A stretch of 64,000 bases of DNA from an uncultured Gemmatimonadales bacterium. Its GTDB lineage: Bacteria; Gemmatimonadota; Gemmatimonadetes; Gemmatimonadales; GWC2-71-9. Numbering within the stretch: position 1 is the first letter of the stretch; every line of letters begins with the position of its first letter. Under the pieces are notes generated by a model. The model was not told the DNA's origin, did no database searches, and worked only from the letters and a program-made list of their open reading frames with translations. The stretch is taken from the NCBI GenBank assembly GCA_963795085.1, contig CAWCFX010000006.1, forward strand, positions 780,138 through 844,137, written 5' to 3'. Shown here piece after piece: positions 49,331 to 59,418 of the stretch. The position numbers and the translations under genes were made by a program.

Positions 49331-49387
49331 CTGCGGGGGGGGATCTCGTGTTGCCTCGACCTCAAGGCTGTACCGCTTCCCCCAGCC

Positions 49388-49434
49388 ATCCCTGACCCCC
49401 TGGCCCCCTTCCCCCGTCGGGGGAAGGGGGAACG
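49388..49434. repeat. Hairpin element B
   Basis: ATCCCTGACCCCCT..CCCCCTTCCCCC-GTC-GGGGGAAGGGGGAACG; matches the copies at 59-61 kb. Confidence 0.8.
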
Positions 49435-49443
49435 AGATGCCAG

Positions 49444-50238
49444 TTACAGCACGACTCGCCTTACAAAACCCCGTACTCCCAGTACCGTCAGCAGCACCGC
49501 GACCAGCAGCAGCATCCCGGCGGTCACCGCCGTCGCGAGGTGCGGCACCTCGGGGGTGAGCGCGATCCGGAGTCCTTCGCTCATGTACATGAGCGGGTTG
49601 GCGAGCACCGCCACCTGGAGCCAGCGGATCGGGTGCAGCGCCGCCCAGGGGTAGTACACGCAGCCGAGGAAGATGAGCGGGGTGAGAATCACGGCAAACA
49701 TGAGCCCGATGTGCTGCGGCCGGACCGCGGTGCCCAGGGCGAGGCCGAACGCTGCCGCGAGCCAGCAGGCCAGCACCAGCATCAAGGCCAGCATGGGCCA
49801 GCTGGCCACGTGGATGTGCACCGGCCCCAGCGGGATCAGGGTGACGATGGGAAAGACCACCACCCCCGCCATGAGCGCCTGGAAGGCGCCGAAGGCCACC
49901 TTGGCGAGCGGCACGGTGGCGAGGGGGACGGGTGCCAGCACCCGGTCTTCGATCTCGCGAGTGGCGCCGAGTTCCATGGAGAGCGGCAGGGCCACGGCGG
50001 CGATCGCGGTGAACACCATGGCCACCGCCACCAGGCCCGGCACCAGGATGGTGGCGAACGACCCGGTACCTCCCGACGGCAGGCTCTCGCCGGTGCGGGG
50101 CAGGACATAGGTGAACACGAACACGGTGAGCAGCGGGTTCATGATGGTCCGCAGGGTGAACGGCAGCCACTCCCGCCGGAGCACGCGGAAGTCGCGGGCC
50201 CAGAGTCCGAACACGACCCGCACAAGGGTGCTATTCAC
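49444..50238 (-). CDS. ABC-2 type permease
   Basis: ILVPG, REIEDRVLAP, FLGCVYYPW, NPLMYMSEGLR. Confidence 0.9.
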   Translation of the reverse strand: MNSTLVRVVFGLWARDFRVLRREWLPFTLRTIMNPLLTVFVFTYVLPRTGESLPSGGTGSFATILVPGLVAVAMVFTAIAAVALPLSMELGATREIEDRVLAPVPLATVPLAKVAFGAFQALMAGVVVFPIVTLIPLGPVHIHVASWPMLALMLVLACWLAAAFGLALGTAVRPQHIGLMFAVILTPLIFLGCVYYPWAALHPIRWLQVAVLANPLMYMSEGLRIALTPEVPHLATAVTAGMLLLVAVLLTVLGVRGFVRRVVL

Positions 50239-50400
50239 GGAGGTCCCGCCCGGTCATCTGGATGAACATGGTTTCAAGGGACGGCTCTACGACCTTGAGG
50301 CCGGTCAGGTGGTGCTCGCTTAAGAGGGTGACGACGGCGGGGACCGAGCCGGCCTCGGGACCCCGTCGTACCCCCCAGTTGAGCTCGGCCGGGCCCCGCC
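50231..50400 (-). pseudogene. C-terminal remnant of a DrrA-type ABC ATPase
   Basis: EPSLETMFIQMTGRDLRE* overlaps the permease start; no Walker motifs upstream. Confidence 0.75.
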
Positions 50401-50403
50401 AGC

Positions 50404-50598
50404 ACCGCCCAGTTAGTTCCACCGCCAGCCGCTGGCAGATCCGCCCAGTATAGTGCGTGAGGCTAAGCCCTGTTCTACCGCCCCGTCATACCGCCCAGTT
50501 AGTTCTACCGCCCTGTCCTACCGCCCCGTCATACCGCCCAGTTAGTTCTACCGCCCTGTCCTACCGCCCTTTCGTACCGCCCAGTTCTCCCGCCCAGT
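50404..50598. repeat. TACCGCCC-core array
   Basis: Units such as TACCGCCCAGTTAGTTC and TACCGCCCCGTCA. Confidence 0.9.
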
Positions 50599-51750
50599 TC
50601 AAGCCGTCCGCTTCGAATACTGGTGCACCGCCAGCCAGAGCACGATTGCGGCATAGGCGGTGAGAATCCCCATGGGCAGGGCGATGTCCGCCGGGCCGGC
50701 GCCCTTGACCAGGATGGCGCGGGAGACGAACACGAAGTGGCGCACCGGGTTCAGCTGCGACACCACCTGCACCCAGTGGGGCATACTCTCAATCGGGGTG
50801 AAGAGCCCGCTCATCAGCAGGTAGATCAGCATGACGAAGAAGGTGATGAACATGGCCTGCTGCTGGGTCTCGACCAGGGTGCTGATGAACAGCCCGATAC
50901 CCAGCGCCACCAGCAGGTAGATCGCCGCGGATCCGAAGAGGAGCAGCAGGCTGCCCCGGATGGGGATCCCGAAGAGCAGCTTGCCCACCAGGAGTCCCAC
51001 CGAGAGGTCGAGCATCGCGAGGACCCAGAACGGCAGCATCTTCGCGGTGATGAACTGGCCCCGGGTCATCGGGGTCACGTTCAGCTGTTCCAGCGTCCCC
51101 AGTTCCTTTTCCCGGGCCAGGTTCTGGGCGGTCAGCGTGGTGCCGATCAGGGTGACCAGGGAGACCAGCAGCCCGGGCACCATGTAGTGCCGGTAGTCGA
51201 GTTCCGGGTTGTACCAGTTGCGGGCCCGCACGTCGATGCGGCGGATACCGGCCACGGGTCCCCGGGCCGCTGCGGCCGATACCGCTCTCCTCTGGGGCGC
51301 CAGCTCCAGGGTCAGGTCGCCGGCATAGGCGGAGAGAATGCGGTTGGTGTAGTGCTGGACGATGCCGGCCGACGTGCCCTTCTCCGCGTTGACCGTCACC
51401 TGGACCGGCGCCGATCCGTCCCGCACCAGCTGTTCCTCGAACCGGGGCGGAATGGTGAGCACCAGGGTGGCGTCTCCCCTGAGCAGCGACTCCTCGGCCG
51501 GCGCCATGCCGTCGGCGATCCCGATCAGCCGGAAATGGCGGGACGCCTCGAAGCGGCTCACCAGCCCGCGGGAGACGCCGGTGCGGTCCTGGTCCACGAT
51601 GAACGCGGGGGTGTCCCGGATCTGGAAGGTGGCGGCGTTGGCCAGCACGACGAGCTGGATCGCCGGCATGAGCAGCACCTGGACCAGCGAGGCCCGGTCC
51701 CGGACGACATGCAGCACCTCGGCCCAGGCCAGCGCCAGGATCCGGCGCAC
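50599..51750 (-). CDS. ABC permease (YbhR/YhhJ-like)
   Basis: WYNP, REKELGTLEQL.VTP, SGLFTPIESMP. Confidence 0.93.
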   Translation of the reverse strand: MRRILALAWAEVLHVVRDRASLVQVLLMPAIQLVVLANAATFQIRDTPAFIVDQDRTGVSRGLVSRFEASRHFRLIGIADGMAPAEESLLRGDATLVLTIPPRFEEQLVRDGSAPVQVTVNAEKGTSAGIVQHYTNRILSAYAGDLTLELAPQRRAVSAAAARGPVAGIRRIDVRARNWYNPELDYRHYMVPGLLVSLVTLIGTTLTAQNLAREKELGTLEQLNVTPMTRGQFITAKMLPFWVLAMLDLSVGLLVGKLLFGIPIRGSLLLLFGSAAIYLLVALGIGLFISTLVETQQQAMFITFFVMLIYLLMSGLFTPIESMPHWVQVVSQLNPVRHFVFVSRAILVKGAGPADIALPMGILTAYAAIVLWLAVHQYSKRTA

Positions 51751-51751
51751 C

Positions 51752-52861
51752 CTAGTCGAGCCTCACGTGGAAGTTCCGGGTGGCCAGGGCCAGGAGCCCC
51801 GCCGCCATCCCCACCAGGACCAGGGTCGGCTGCCAGAGATACTCGATGCCGACCCCCTTGAGCATGATGGCCCTGGCGATCTCGATGAACCAGCGGGCGG
51901 GGACGATATGGCTGACCCACTGCAGGATGTCCGGCATGCTCTCCACCGGGAAGAGAAAGCCGGACAGCAACATGGTCGGCAGCATCGTCCCCGTCATGGC
52001 GGCCATCATCGCGACCCGCTGGCTCCTGGTGCGGGTGGAGATCAGCATCCCCAGCGCGAGCGAGACCAGGATGTAGAGCAGCCCCTCCCCCAAGAGCAGG
52101 AGCGTGCTGCCCCGGAGCGGCACGTTGAAGATCAACCGGGCCTCGACGATCACCGCGCCCACGCTGACCATCCCGATCAGCAGGTAGGGCGCCACCTTGC
52201 CGGTCACGATCTCCCAGGGCCGAAGGGGTGAGACCAGCAGCGACTCCATGGTGCCGGTCTCCTTCTCCCGGGTGAGCGAGATCGCGGTCATCATGGAGGA
52301 GATGATGGTCAGCACGAACGCCATGAGCCCGGGGACGAAGAGGTTGGAGCTCTCTCCGTCCGGGTTGAACCGCATTCGCACCCGGGACTCGATCCGGACC
52401 TGGCCGGCCAGGCGGCCCTGGTTCAGCTCGTGCTGCCATGCCTGGATGACGGCCAGCATGTAGTTCTGCCGCGAGTTGCCGCTGTTGGGGTCGGTCGCGT
52501 CGGTGATCACCTGGATGGGGGCGGGCAGCCCCTGCCCCAGCGCTTCGCCGAAACCGGACGGGAAGATCACCGCCTGGGTCACCCGGCCGCGCTGGAAATG
52601 GTCCTCCAGGGTGCCGGTGCCGGGAAGTACCTCGACGATCCGGAACACACCGGTCCCCTCGAGCCGGTTCCGAAGCGCGAGCGTCGAGGCGTCCGGAGTG
52701 GGGTCCACCACCGCCAGGCGCACGTCCCGGATGTCGGTGCGAATGGCATAGCCGAAGAGAATCACCTGCACCACCGGCAGCAGGATCAGCACGGCGAGGG
52801 TGCGCCGGTCGCGGAGGATATGGTACACCTCCTTCCGCACCAGCCCGCGAAAGGCGCTCAT
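51752..52861 (-). CDS. ABC permease (YbhS-like)
   Basis: KE..HILRD, REKETGTME.LLVSP, LSGF.FP. Confidence 0.93.
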   Translation of the reverse strand: MSAFRGLVRKEVYHILRDRRTLAVLILLPVVQVILFGYAIRTDIRDVRLAVVDPTPDASTLALRNRLEGTGVFRIVEVLPGTGTLEDHFQRGRVTQAVIFPSGFGEALGQGLPAPIQVITDATDPNSGNSRQNYMLAVIQAWQHELNQGRLAGQVRIESRVRMRFNPDGESSNLFVPGLMAFVLTIISSMMTAISLTREKETGTMESLLVSPLRPWEIVTGKVAPYLLIGMVSVGAVIVEARLIFNVPLRGSTLLLLGEGLLYILVSLALGMLISTRTRSQRVAMMAAMTGTMLPTMLLSGFLFPVESMPDILQWVSHIVPARWFIEIARAIMLKGVGIEYLWQPTLVLVGMAAGLLALATRNFHVRLD

Positions 52862-53604
52862 CCGACTGCCGCCTCGGCCGGGCGGGCCAGCCGGACGAAG
52901 AGCTCGTCAATGCTGGCGACGCCGTGCTCGCGCTTCAGCTGGTCCGGCGTCCCCAGCGCCGCGATCCGCCCCGCCACCATGATGGAAACCCGGTCGCAGT
53001 ACTCGGCTTCGTCCATGTAATGAGTGGTGACCAGCACCGTGGTGCCGGACCGCGCGGCCTGGTAGATCATCTCCCAGAACTGGCGGCGGGTGACCGGGTC
53101 CACCCCGCTGGTCGGCTCGTCGAGAAAGACCAGCGACGGCTGGTGCAGCAGCGCCACCGAAAAGGCGAGCTTCTGGCGCCAGCCGAGCGGCAGCGAACGC
53201 ACCGGCGCGTCCGCCACCGGTCCCAGGTCCAGTTGGGCGATGATCCGGTCGGTCCGCTCCCGGAGCACCGGCCGCGCGATATTGTAGATCCCGCCGTAGA
53301 GCCGGATGTTCTCCCGGATGGTCAGGTCCTCGTAGAGCGAGAACCGCTGGCTCATGTAGCCGATGCGGGCCTTGACCGCCTCGCTCTCGCGGCCCACGTC
53401 GAACCCCACGACGGTGGCGCTTCCGTCGCTGGGGGCCAGCAGCCCGGTCAGCATCCGGATCGCGGTGGTCTTCCCCGCGCCGTTGGCGCCGAGGAACCCG
53501 AAGACCTCGCCGGGGTGGACATCGAACGAGATGTGGTCCACCGCGGTGAAGCTCCCGAAGCGGCGAGTGAGGTCCCGGGCGGCGATGACCGGCGGGCCAT
53601 TCAT
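52858..53604 (-). CDS. ABC ATP-binding protein
   Basis: GANGAGKT, LDEPTSGVDP, TTHYMDEA. Confidence 0.95.
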   Translation of the reverse strand: MNGPPVIAARDLTRRFGSFTAVDHISFDVHPGEVFGFLGANGAGKTTAIRMLTGLLAPSDGSATVVGFDVGRESEAVKARIGYMSQRFSLYEDLTIRENIRLYGGIYNIARPVLRERTDRIIAQLDLGPVADAPVRSLPLGWRQKLAFSVALLHQPSLVFLDEPTSGVDPVTRRQFWEMIYQAARSGTTVLVTTHYMDEAEYCDRVSIMVAGRIAALGTPDQLKREHGVASIDELFVRLARPAEAAVG

Positions 53605-54560
53605 GCCGCGGCCTCCGGGGCGCCCATCAGCGCCATGAAGACATCTTCGATGGTCGGGTCCACCGGCGCCGCGCTCGCGGGCCCCAGTCCCTGCTCCTCG
53701 AGGGCTGCCACCACCTCCCGGGCCTGCTCGTCCACCGGGATCCTCCGCTGGTCGGTGAAGTGCAGCGTCGAGCCAAAGAGCTGGACCGAGTGGGTGTGCG
53801 GGTAGCCACGCAGCGCCTGGAGCGCACCCAGCCGGTCGGGCGCGGCAACGGCGAGCAGCGGACGGTCAAACGACCGGGAGATCACCTCGGGGCGGTCCAG
53901 CGCCAGCACCCGCCCCCGCTGCACCAGGGCGATCCGGTCGCAGCGGCCGGCCTCGTCCATGTAGGGCGTGGAGACGAGGACGGTGAGGCCACCTTCCCGC
54001 AGCCGGCCCAGCAGGTCCCAGAACTCCCGGCGGGACACCGCGTCCACTCCGGTGGTCGGCTCATCGAGGACCAGGATCTCGGGGCGGTGCACCAGCGCAC
54101 AGCAGAGCGCCAGTTTCTGCTTCATGCCGCCGGAGAGGGCGCCGGCCCGCCGGTCGCGGAACGGCTCCAGCTGCCGGTAAATCACCTCGATCCGTTCCCG
54201 CTCCCGCTTCAGCGTGGTGCCGAACACCGACGCGAAGAAGTGGAGGTTCTCGTCCACGCTCAGGTCGCCATAGAGGGAGAAGCGACCCGCCATGTACCCG
54301 ATGCGCCGGCGCAGGTCCCAGATATCCTTGACCACGTCCCGGCCCAGCACCGTGGCCTGGCCGGAGGTGGGAACCAGCAGGGTGGCCAGGACCCGGAAGA
54401 GGCTGGTCTTCCCCGCCCCGTCGGGCCCGATCAGTCCGAACAGTTCGCCCGGGTGGACGTCCAGCGAGATGGCGTCCAGCGCGGTGGTGTCCCCATAGCG
54501 CATGACCAACTCCCGGACGGAGACCGCCGGTCCCACCGGAGTTCCGGCAGAAGCAGTCAC
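53601..54560 (-). CDS. ABC ATP-binding protein
   Basis: GPDGAGKT, LSGGMKQK, LDEPT. Confidence 0.95.
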   Translation of the reverse strand: MTASAGTPVGPAVSVRELVMRYGDTTALDAISLDVHPGELFGLIGPDGAGKTSLFRVLATLLVPTSGQATVLGRDVVKDIWDLRRRIGYMAGRFSLYGDLSVDENLHFFASVFGTTLKRERERIEVIYRQLEPFRDRRAGALSGGMKQKLALCCALVHRPEILVLDEPTTGVDAVSRREFWDLLGRLREGGLTVLVSTPYMDEAGRCDRIALVQRGRVLALDRPEVISRSFDRPLLAVAAPDRLGALQALRGYPHTHSVQLFGSTLHFTDQRRIPVDEQAREVVAALEEQGLGPASAAPVDPTIEDVFMALMGAPEAAA

Positions 54561-55456
54561 TCGGCCGCCGGGTGCAGCCGCACGTCGGCGGGCATGCCAA
54601 GCTTCAGGGTGCCGTTGGCGTTGGGCACCAGGATCTTGACGGCGTACACCAGGCCGGCCCGCTCTTCCCGGGTCTGGATCGGGGTCGGGGTGAACTCCGC
54701 CTGCGACGAGATCCAGCTCACCACGCCGGGGAGGGTGATCCGCTCGCCGGCGGCAGAATCCACGGTGACGTCCACGGTCTGGCCCAGCCGTATCGTGGCC
54801 AGGGATGGCTGCGCGACGTACGCCCGGAGGGTCAGCGTGTCGAGCCGGGCCATCTTGAAGAGCGGCTGTCCCGGCTGGACGTATTCCCCCCGCTCCGCGT
54901 AGGTCACCAGCACGGTGCCGCTCATCGGGGCGGTGACCCGGCTCTGGCGGATCCGTTCCCGGACCTGGTCCACCAGCGACCCGCCGGCGTTGACCTCCTG
55001 GCTGGTCGCGCGCTGCCGCGACCTCGCCCCCTGGATCTGCTCGGCCAGCACCCTGAACTCCCGCTCGGCCTGGTCCCGCTGCTGGGCGGTGGCCGCCTGC
55101 TGGTCGAAGAGCCGCTGGGTGCGCTCGTAGCTCCGCTTCGCCACGTCGTACTGGGCCTCGAGCGCGGCGACCTGGTTGGCGGCATCGCCCACGCGGGACT
55201 GGCCGGCGCCACGCTGGGCGGTGAGTTGCGACTCCTGCAGCAGCAGCTGGGTGGTGTCCACCACCGCGACCAGCGCACCGGAATCCACCGTCGCGCCTTC
55301 TTCCGGCGTGAAGTGGAGCAGCTGGCCGCTGGTCTCCGCCGAGACCACCACTTCGGTCGCTTCGAAGTTGCCGTAGGCGTCGGGGTCATCGCCGCCGTTG
55401 CAGGCGGCGAGCAGGAGCAGGAGCGCCGGTGTGAGCGCTGGGGGGCGGGCCATCAC
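54557..55456 (-). CDS. HlyD-family membrane fusion lipoprotein (YbhG-like)
   Basis: LAAC lipobox, YGNFEA, AEFTP..IQTREER, GMP. Confidence 0.93.
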   Translation of the reverse strand: MMARPPALTPALLLLLAACNGGDDPDAYGNFEATEVVVSAETSGQLLHFTPEEGATVDSGALVAVVDTTQLLLQESQLTAQRGAGQSRVGDAANQVAALEAQYDVAKRSYERTQRLFDQQAATAQQRDQAEREFRVLAEQIQGARSRQRATSQEVNAGGSLVDQVRERIRQSRVTAPMSGTVLVTYAERGEYVQPGQPLFKMARLDTLTLRAYVAQPSLATIRLGQTVDVTVDSAAGERITLPGVVSWISSQAEFTPTPIQTREERAGLVYAVKILVPNANGTLKLGMPADVRLHPAAE

Positions 55457-56757
55457 GGAATCTCCTGGCCAAGGGTGGTGAGCAGCCGGGCCTTGAGCCG
55501 GGCTCGTTCGATCTCATGGGCGGCCAGCGCGAGCCGGCTCTCCAGCACGTCGGTCGAGCGGTCGAGGTAATCGGCCGCGGTCATCACGCTCTCCTGGAAC
55601 CGGAGCCGGCTCTCCCGCTCCACCAGCTCGCGGAGCCCGATCAGCCGCCGGTCCATGGCAATCGTCGAGTCCAGCCGGGCGAGCCCGGCCAGGTCTTCCT
55701 GGATCGTGCGCGTGAGCTGGCTGGTGAAGGCGGCTTCTTCCGCCCTTGTGATCTCCCGCTGCAGTGCCAGCACCTGGCGCTCCCGCGCGTTCCGTCCCCA
55801 GGTAAACGGGGACCATTGCGCCTGCACGCCGGCGAGCCAGTAGGAATCGAAGCCGTCGTTCAACTGGTTGAGCCCCGGCTGCCCATATCCGGCCCGGCCG
55901 AAGGCGCTGATCCGGGGTGCGCTTCGCGCGGCGATCACCCGCTCCTGCTGCACCAGCCGGTCTCGACTCACCGCGAACTGCTGGTACTCGGGACGGGAGC
56001 GGAGCAGCCGAATCGAATCGCCGGCGGAGAGATGCGAGACGTCGAGCTCGGGCACCTGGGGCAGCACCGAGTCCGGCATGGAGTGACCCGCCAGGATCTC
56101 GAGCCGGTTGAGGGCGGCGCGGCGCTGGGCCGAGAGGTCCAGGGCATCCTGCCGGCGGAGCAGCACCGTGGCGGCGATCGACGCGGTGTCGCCGGGAAGT
56201 GCGGAGCCTTCGCGCAGGCGGGCGGCAACCTCGCGGAGCCGGGCCTCGAGGTCGGTGATCGTGGCCTGCACCAGGCGGCTTCGGGCGTCCAGCAGCGCCA
56301 TCGCGAAGAAGGCTTCGTTCACCTCCTGCCGGAGACCATAGAGCGCCGTCTCCAGCCTTGCTTCAGACTCTTTCAGCTCGGCATGCTCCAACCCGCGCCG
56401 GGGACCTCGGGTGGGGTCGAAGAGCGACTGGTCCATCCGGACGTGGGCATCGTACGTGTCGTGCGGGGGCGTGGGGATCGAGAACGCCGGAGACTGGACC
56501 GGCACCTTGGTCACGTCCGACTGGTACTGGGCCTGCCCCTGCCCGGTGAGGGACGGCAGCCATTCGCTGGAGAGGTTATCCAGCCGGAGCCGGCTCTGCT
56601 GGGTGAGCAGCTCCGATTCCCGGAGACGGGGATCGGCGGCGCGGGCCTGGCGCTGCAGTACGCCGAGGCGAAGCGTATCGGGCGGGGCCTGCTGCGCCTG
56701 GGAGATCGGGGCGGCGCCGAGCAGCGTGGCGGCGAGCGCCAGGGAGAAGGCCTTCAT
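55453..56757 (-). CDS. TolC family outer membrane protein
   Basis: Signal peptide, WLPSL, QSLFD, operon context. Confidence 0.88.
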   Translation of the reverse strand: MKAFSLALAATLLGAAPISQAQQAPPDTLRLGVLQRQARAADPRLRESELLTQQSRLRLDNLSSEWLPSLTGQGQAQYQSDVTKVPVQSPAFSIPTPPHDTYDAHVRMDQSLFDPTRGPRRGLEHAELKESEARLETALYGLRQEVNEAFFAMALLDARSRLVQATITDLEARLREVAARLREGSALPGDTASIAATVLLRRQDALDLSAQRRAALNRLEILAGHSMPDSVLPQVPELDVSHLSAGDSIRLLRSRPEYQQFAVSRDRLVQQERVIAARSAPRISAFGRAGYGQPGLNQLNDGFDSYWLAGVQAQWSPFTWGRNARERQVLALQREITRAEEAAFTSQLTRTIQEDLAGLARLDSTIAMDRRLIGLRELVERESRLRFQESVMTAADYLDRSTDVLESRLALAAHEIERARLKARLLTTLGQEIP

Positions 56758-57443
56758 GGGCGAAGCCCCGCGAGGAAGAAGGCAGGGAGTTCCCGTCGGC
56801 GCTGGGCGATGAACCCGGCGAAGCCGGCGGCATCGAGTCCCAGGAAGAGCTGGAGCGCGGGCCGGGCGGCGAAGGGAAAGACGCAGAGGGCCAGCAGGCT
56901 CACCAGGAACTGCCGCGCCGCGATGGGGCGATAGCGCCCGGCGCGGACCTCGGCGTCAATCTGTTTCTGGAGCCGGGCGAGAATGCCGCTGCCGATGGTC
57001 TCCAGCTCCTGTCCCGCCTGGGTGGCGATCAGCTGGCGGATCCGGTCCGGGTTGTGGTGGATCTCGCTGATCATGTAGGCGGGGAGATAGGGGTGCCGGG
57101 AGAGGTGGTCGAGCTCCAGCGACACGATCTGGCGGACCTTCGTTTCCAGGTCCAGGTCGGCGGCCAGGGTGGCGAAGAGCGCGGGAAAGAGCCGGCCGGC
57201 GTTCTGCCGGAAGACGGCCTCGGCCAGGCTCTGCTTGTTGCGGAAGTAGTAGTGGAGCAGCGCCTTGTTGACCCCGGCCTCGGTGGCGATCTCCTGCATC
57301 CGGGCGCCGGCGGTGCCCTCGCGGAGAAAGACGGCGTGGGCGGCGGCGAGGATACGCGCCTCGGTGGCGCCGTCCTTGGGGGGGGCGGCCTTGGCGCGGG
57401 CCTTGGCGCGGGGGCGCTTGGTGCGTCGGATGGGCTTGGGCAT
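56754..57443 (-). CDS. TetR family regulator
   Basis: ILAAA..F...G.AGARMQEIA.EAGVNKALLHYYFRNK. Confidence 0.95.
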   Translation of the reverse strand: MPKPIRRTKRPRAKARAKAAPPKDGATEARILAAAHAVFLREGTAGARMQEIATEAGVNKALLHYYFRNKQSLAEAVFRQNAGRLFPALFATLAADLDLETKVRQIVSLELDHLSRHPYLPAYMISEIHHNPDRIRQLIATQAGQELETIGSGILARLQKQIDAEVRAGRYRPIAARQFLVSLLALCVFPFAARPALQLFLGLDAAGFAGFIAQRRRELPAFFLAGLRP

Positions 57444-57473
57444 CTGGCCTTAACCGTTTGGTTAAACCAGATG
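57441..57473. promoter_or_regulatory. Probable TetR operator palindrome
   Basis: CATCTGG-cc-TTAACC-gttt-GGTTAA-a-CCAGATG, overlapping the tetR start codon. Confidence 0.7.
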
Positions 57474-57499
57474 GTAAGGGGAGGGCGGGCGGAGGGCAA

Positions 57500-58056
57500 G
57501 GGAATGGGGGGAATTGAGGGAATGGGGGAATTGAGGGAATGGGGGAATTGAGGGAATGTTGGAATTGAGGGAATGGGGGAATTGAGGGAATGGGGGAATT
57601 GAGGGAATGTGGGAATTGAGGGAATGGGGGAATTGAGGGAATGGGGGAATTGAGGGAATGGGGGAATTGAGGGAATGTTGGAATTGAGGGCAATAAGAAC
57701 AGAGATGCAGAAAGAAGATGTCGTTTGTCTTGTTTGTCTATTTCGTACTTTGTAGTCCGTGCTTTTGCAGTTTGTCGTTCGTGCTTTCGTGATAAAAGCA
57801 GGGTCAGCCCTCGAGTGTCCCGCTGGATTATTGTGCGAGCCAGCCCTGCCCGGACACGAAAACACGAAACACGAGAAGAGTACTTTCCATCAGGTTCCCT
57901 CAATTCCAACATTCCCTCAATTCCAACATTCCCTCAATTCCAACATTCCCTCAATTCCAACATTCCCTCAATTTCCCCATTGTTCTTGTTCTTTGTTTTG
58001 TATTTCGTGTTTTGTTGTACCGGGCAGGGCTGGCGCGCACGATGATCCCGCGGGAT
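57500..58056. repeat. Composite repeat: inverted nonamer arrays interleaved with family D elements
   Basis: (GGAATTGAGGGAATG--)n at 57500-57689, its complement at 57895-57981, D sequences at 57720-57880 and 57983-58056. Confidence 0.9.
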
Positions 58057-58080
58057 CTGGACCAGCCTCTCTTCGCCCTT

Positions 58081-59391
58081 CTATCTTGAGCTGCCGCCGC
58101 CCACGACATCCAGGACCAGCGCCGTCATCACCCGCATCGCGATCGGCACCGTCTGGTCGTCGGCGTAGAAGGTGGGGGTGTGGTGGCCGCCGCTCTGTTT
58201 CCCCTCCGGCACGGCGCCGATGAAGACGTATAAGCCGGGCACCTGCTGCGCGAAGAAGGAGAAGTCTTCGGCCCCGGTCACCGGCGGGGCGACCACGACG
58301 TTCTGCTCGCCCACGGCGCGGCGGAGCACGGGGAGGAACCGCCGGGCCAGGGTGGAGTCGTTCACCGTCACCGGGTGGGTCCGGTCCAGCGACAGGGTGT
58401 ACTTGGCACCCGCGGCTTCGGTGATCCCCTTGAAGATCTCGTGCATCCGCCGCTCGATCAGGTCCAGGGTGGCCGGCTCGAAGGTGCGGATGGTGCCCTC
58501 CAGGTCCATCTGGCCCGCGACGATGTTGTTCCGGTCTCCCCCCCGCATCACCCCGACTGTGAGCACGTTATCCGAGAAGGGCGACAGGGTGCGGGAGCGG
58601 ATGGTCTGCAGCGCGAGGACGATCTGGCTCGCCGTCACCACCGCGTCCACGCCCATGTGCGGGGCGGATCCGTGGGCCTGGGTACCGATGACCCGGGCGG
58701 TGAACCGGGTGGCCGCCGCCAGCGCCGGCCCGCTGGTGAAAGAGACCGTCCCCAGCCGCTCGTTCCGGTCCTCCGTGGTCGGCGGTTTCCCGTTAGCGTG
58801 AAAGGCCAGGATCAGTTCAGGACGGGGATCGTTCAGCACCCCTTCCTCGACCATCATCTTCGCTCCGCCGTTCTCGCCCGGGGGCAGGCCTTCCTCCGCG
58901 GGCTGGAAGATGAACACCACGGTCCCGCGCAGCTGATCTTTCATTCCGGCCAGCAGGTTGGCGACGCCGAGCTGGGCGGCGACGTGGATGTCGTGGCCGC
59001 AGGAGTGGGAGATCCCGATTCGGCGGCCGAGGTAGGTGGTGGAGTCCACCGAGCGGTAGGGCACGTCGGTCAGCTCGGTGACGGGGAGGCCGTCCATGTC
59101 GGCCCGGATGGCCACGACCGGGCCGGGCCGTCCGCCCCGGAGAATCCCCACCACCCCGGTGTGGGCGATCCCGGTGCGCACCTCCATCCCCAGCCGCCGC
59201 AGCTCCTCGGCCACGATCCCCGCCGTGCGCCGCTCCTGGTTGCCCAGCTCGGGGTGGCGGTGGATGTCCTGCCGGATCTCGATCATCCTGGGCGCGATCC
59301 GCTCCACCTGGGCGGCGACCTGGGGAGACTGGGCAAAGACGGGCGTGGCGGCGAAGAGGCCGGCGGCCAGCAGGGGGAGCGCGCGGAGCAT
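58081..59391 (-). CDS. M20 family amidohydrolase
   Basis: HRHPEL, RADMD, CGHD, FQPAEE, AEDF, HHTP. Confidence 0.95.
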   Translation of the reverse strand: MLRALPLLAAGLFAATPVFAQSPQVAAQVERIAPRMIEIRQDIHRHPELGNQERRTAGIVAEELRRLGMEVRTGIAHTGVVGILRGGRPGPVVAIRADMDGLPVTELTDVPYRSVDSTTYLGRRIGISHSCGHDIHVAAQLGVANLLAGMKDQLRGTVVFIFQPAEEGLPPGENGGAKMMVEEGVLNDPRPELILAFHANGKPPTTEDRNERLGTVSFTSGPALAAATRFTARVIGTQAHGSAPHMGVDAVVTASQIVLALQTIRSRTLSPFSDNVLTVGVMRGGDRNNIVAGQMDLEGTIRTFEPATLDLIERRMHEIFKGITEAAGAKYTLSLDRTHPVTVNDSTLARRFLPVLRRAVGEQNVVVAPPVTGAEDFSFFAQQVPGLYVFIGAVPEGKQSGGHHTPTFYADDQTVPIAMRVMTALVLDVVGGGSSR

Positions 59392-59418
59392 GGAGGCCTT
59401 GGGAGAGAGGGGAGAGAG

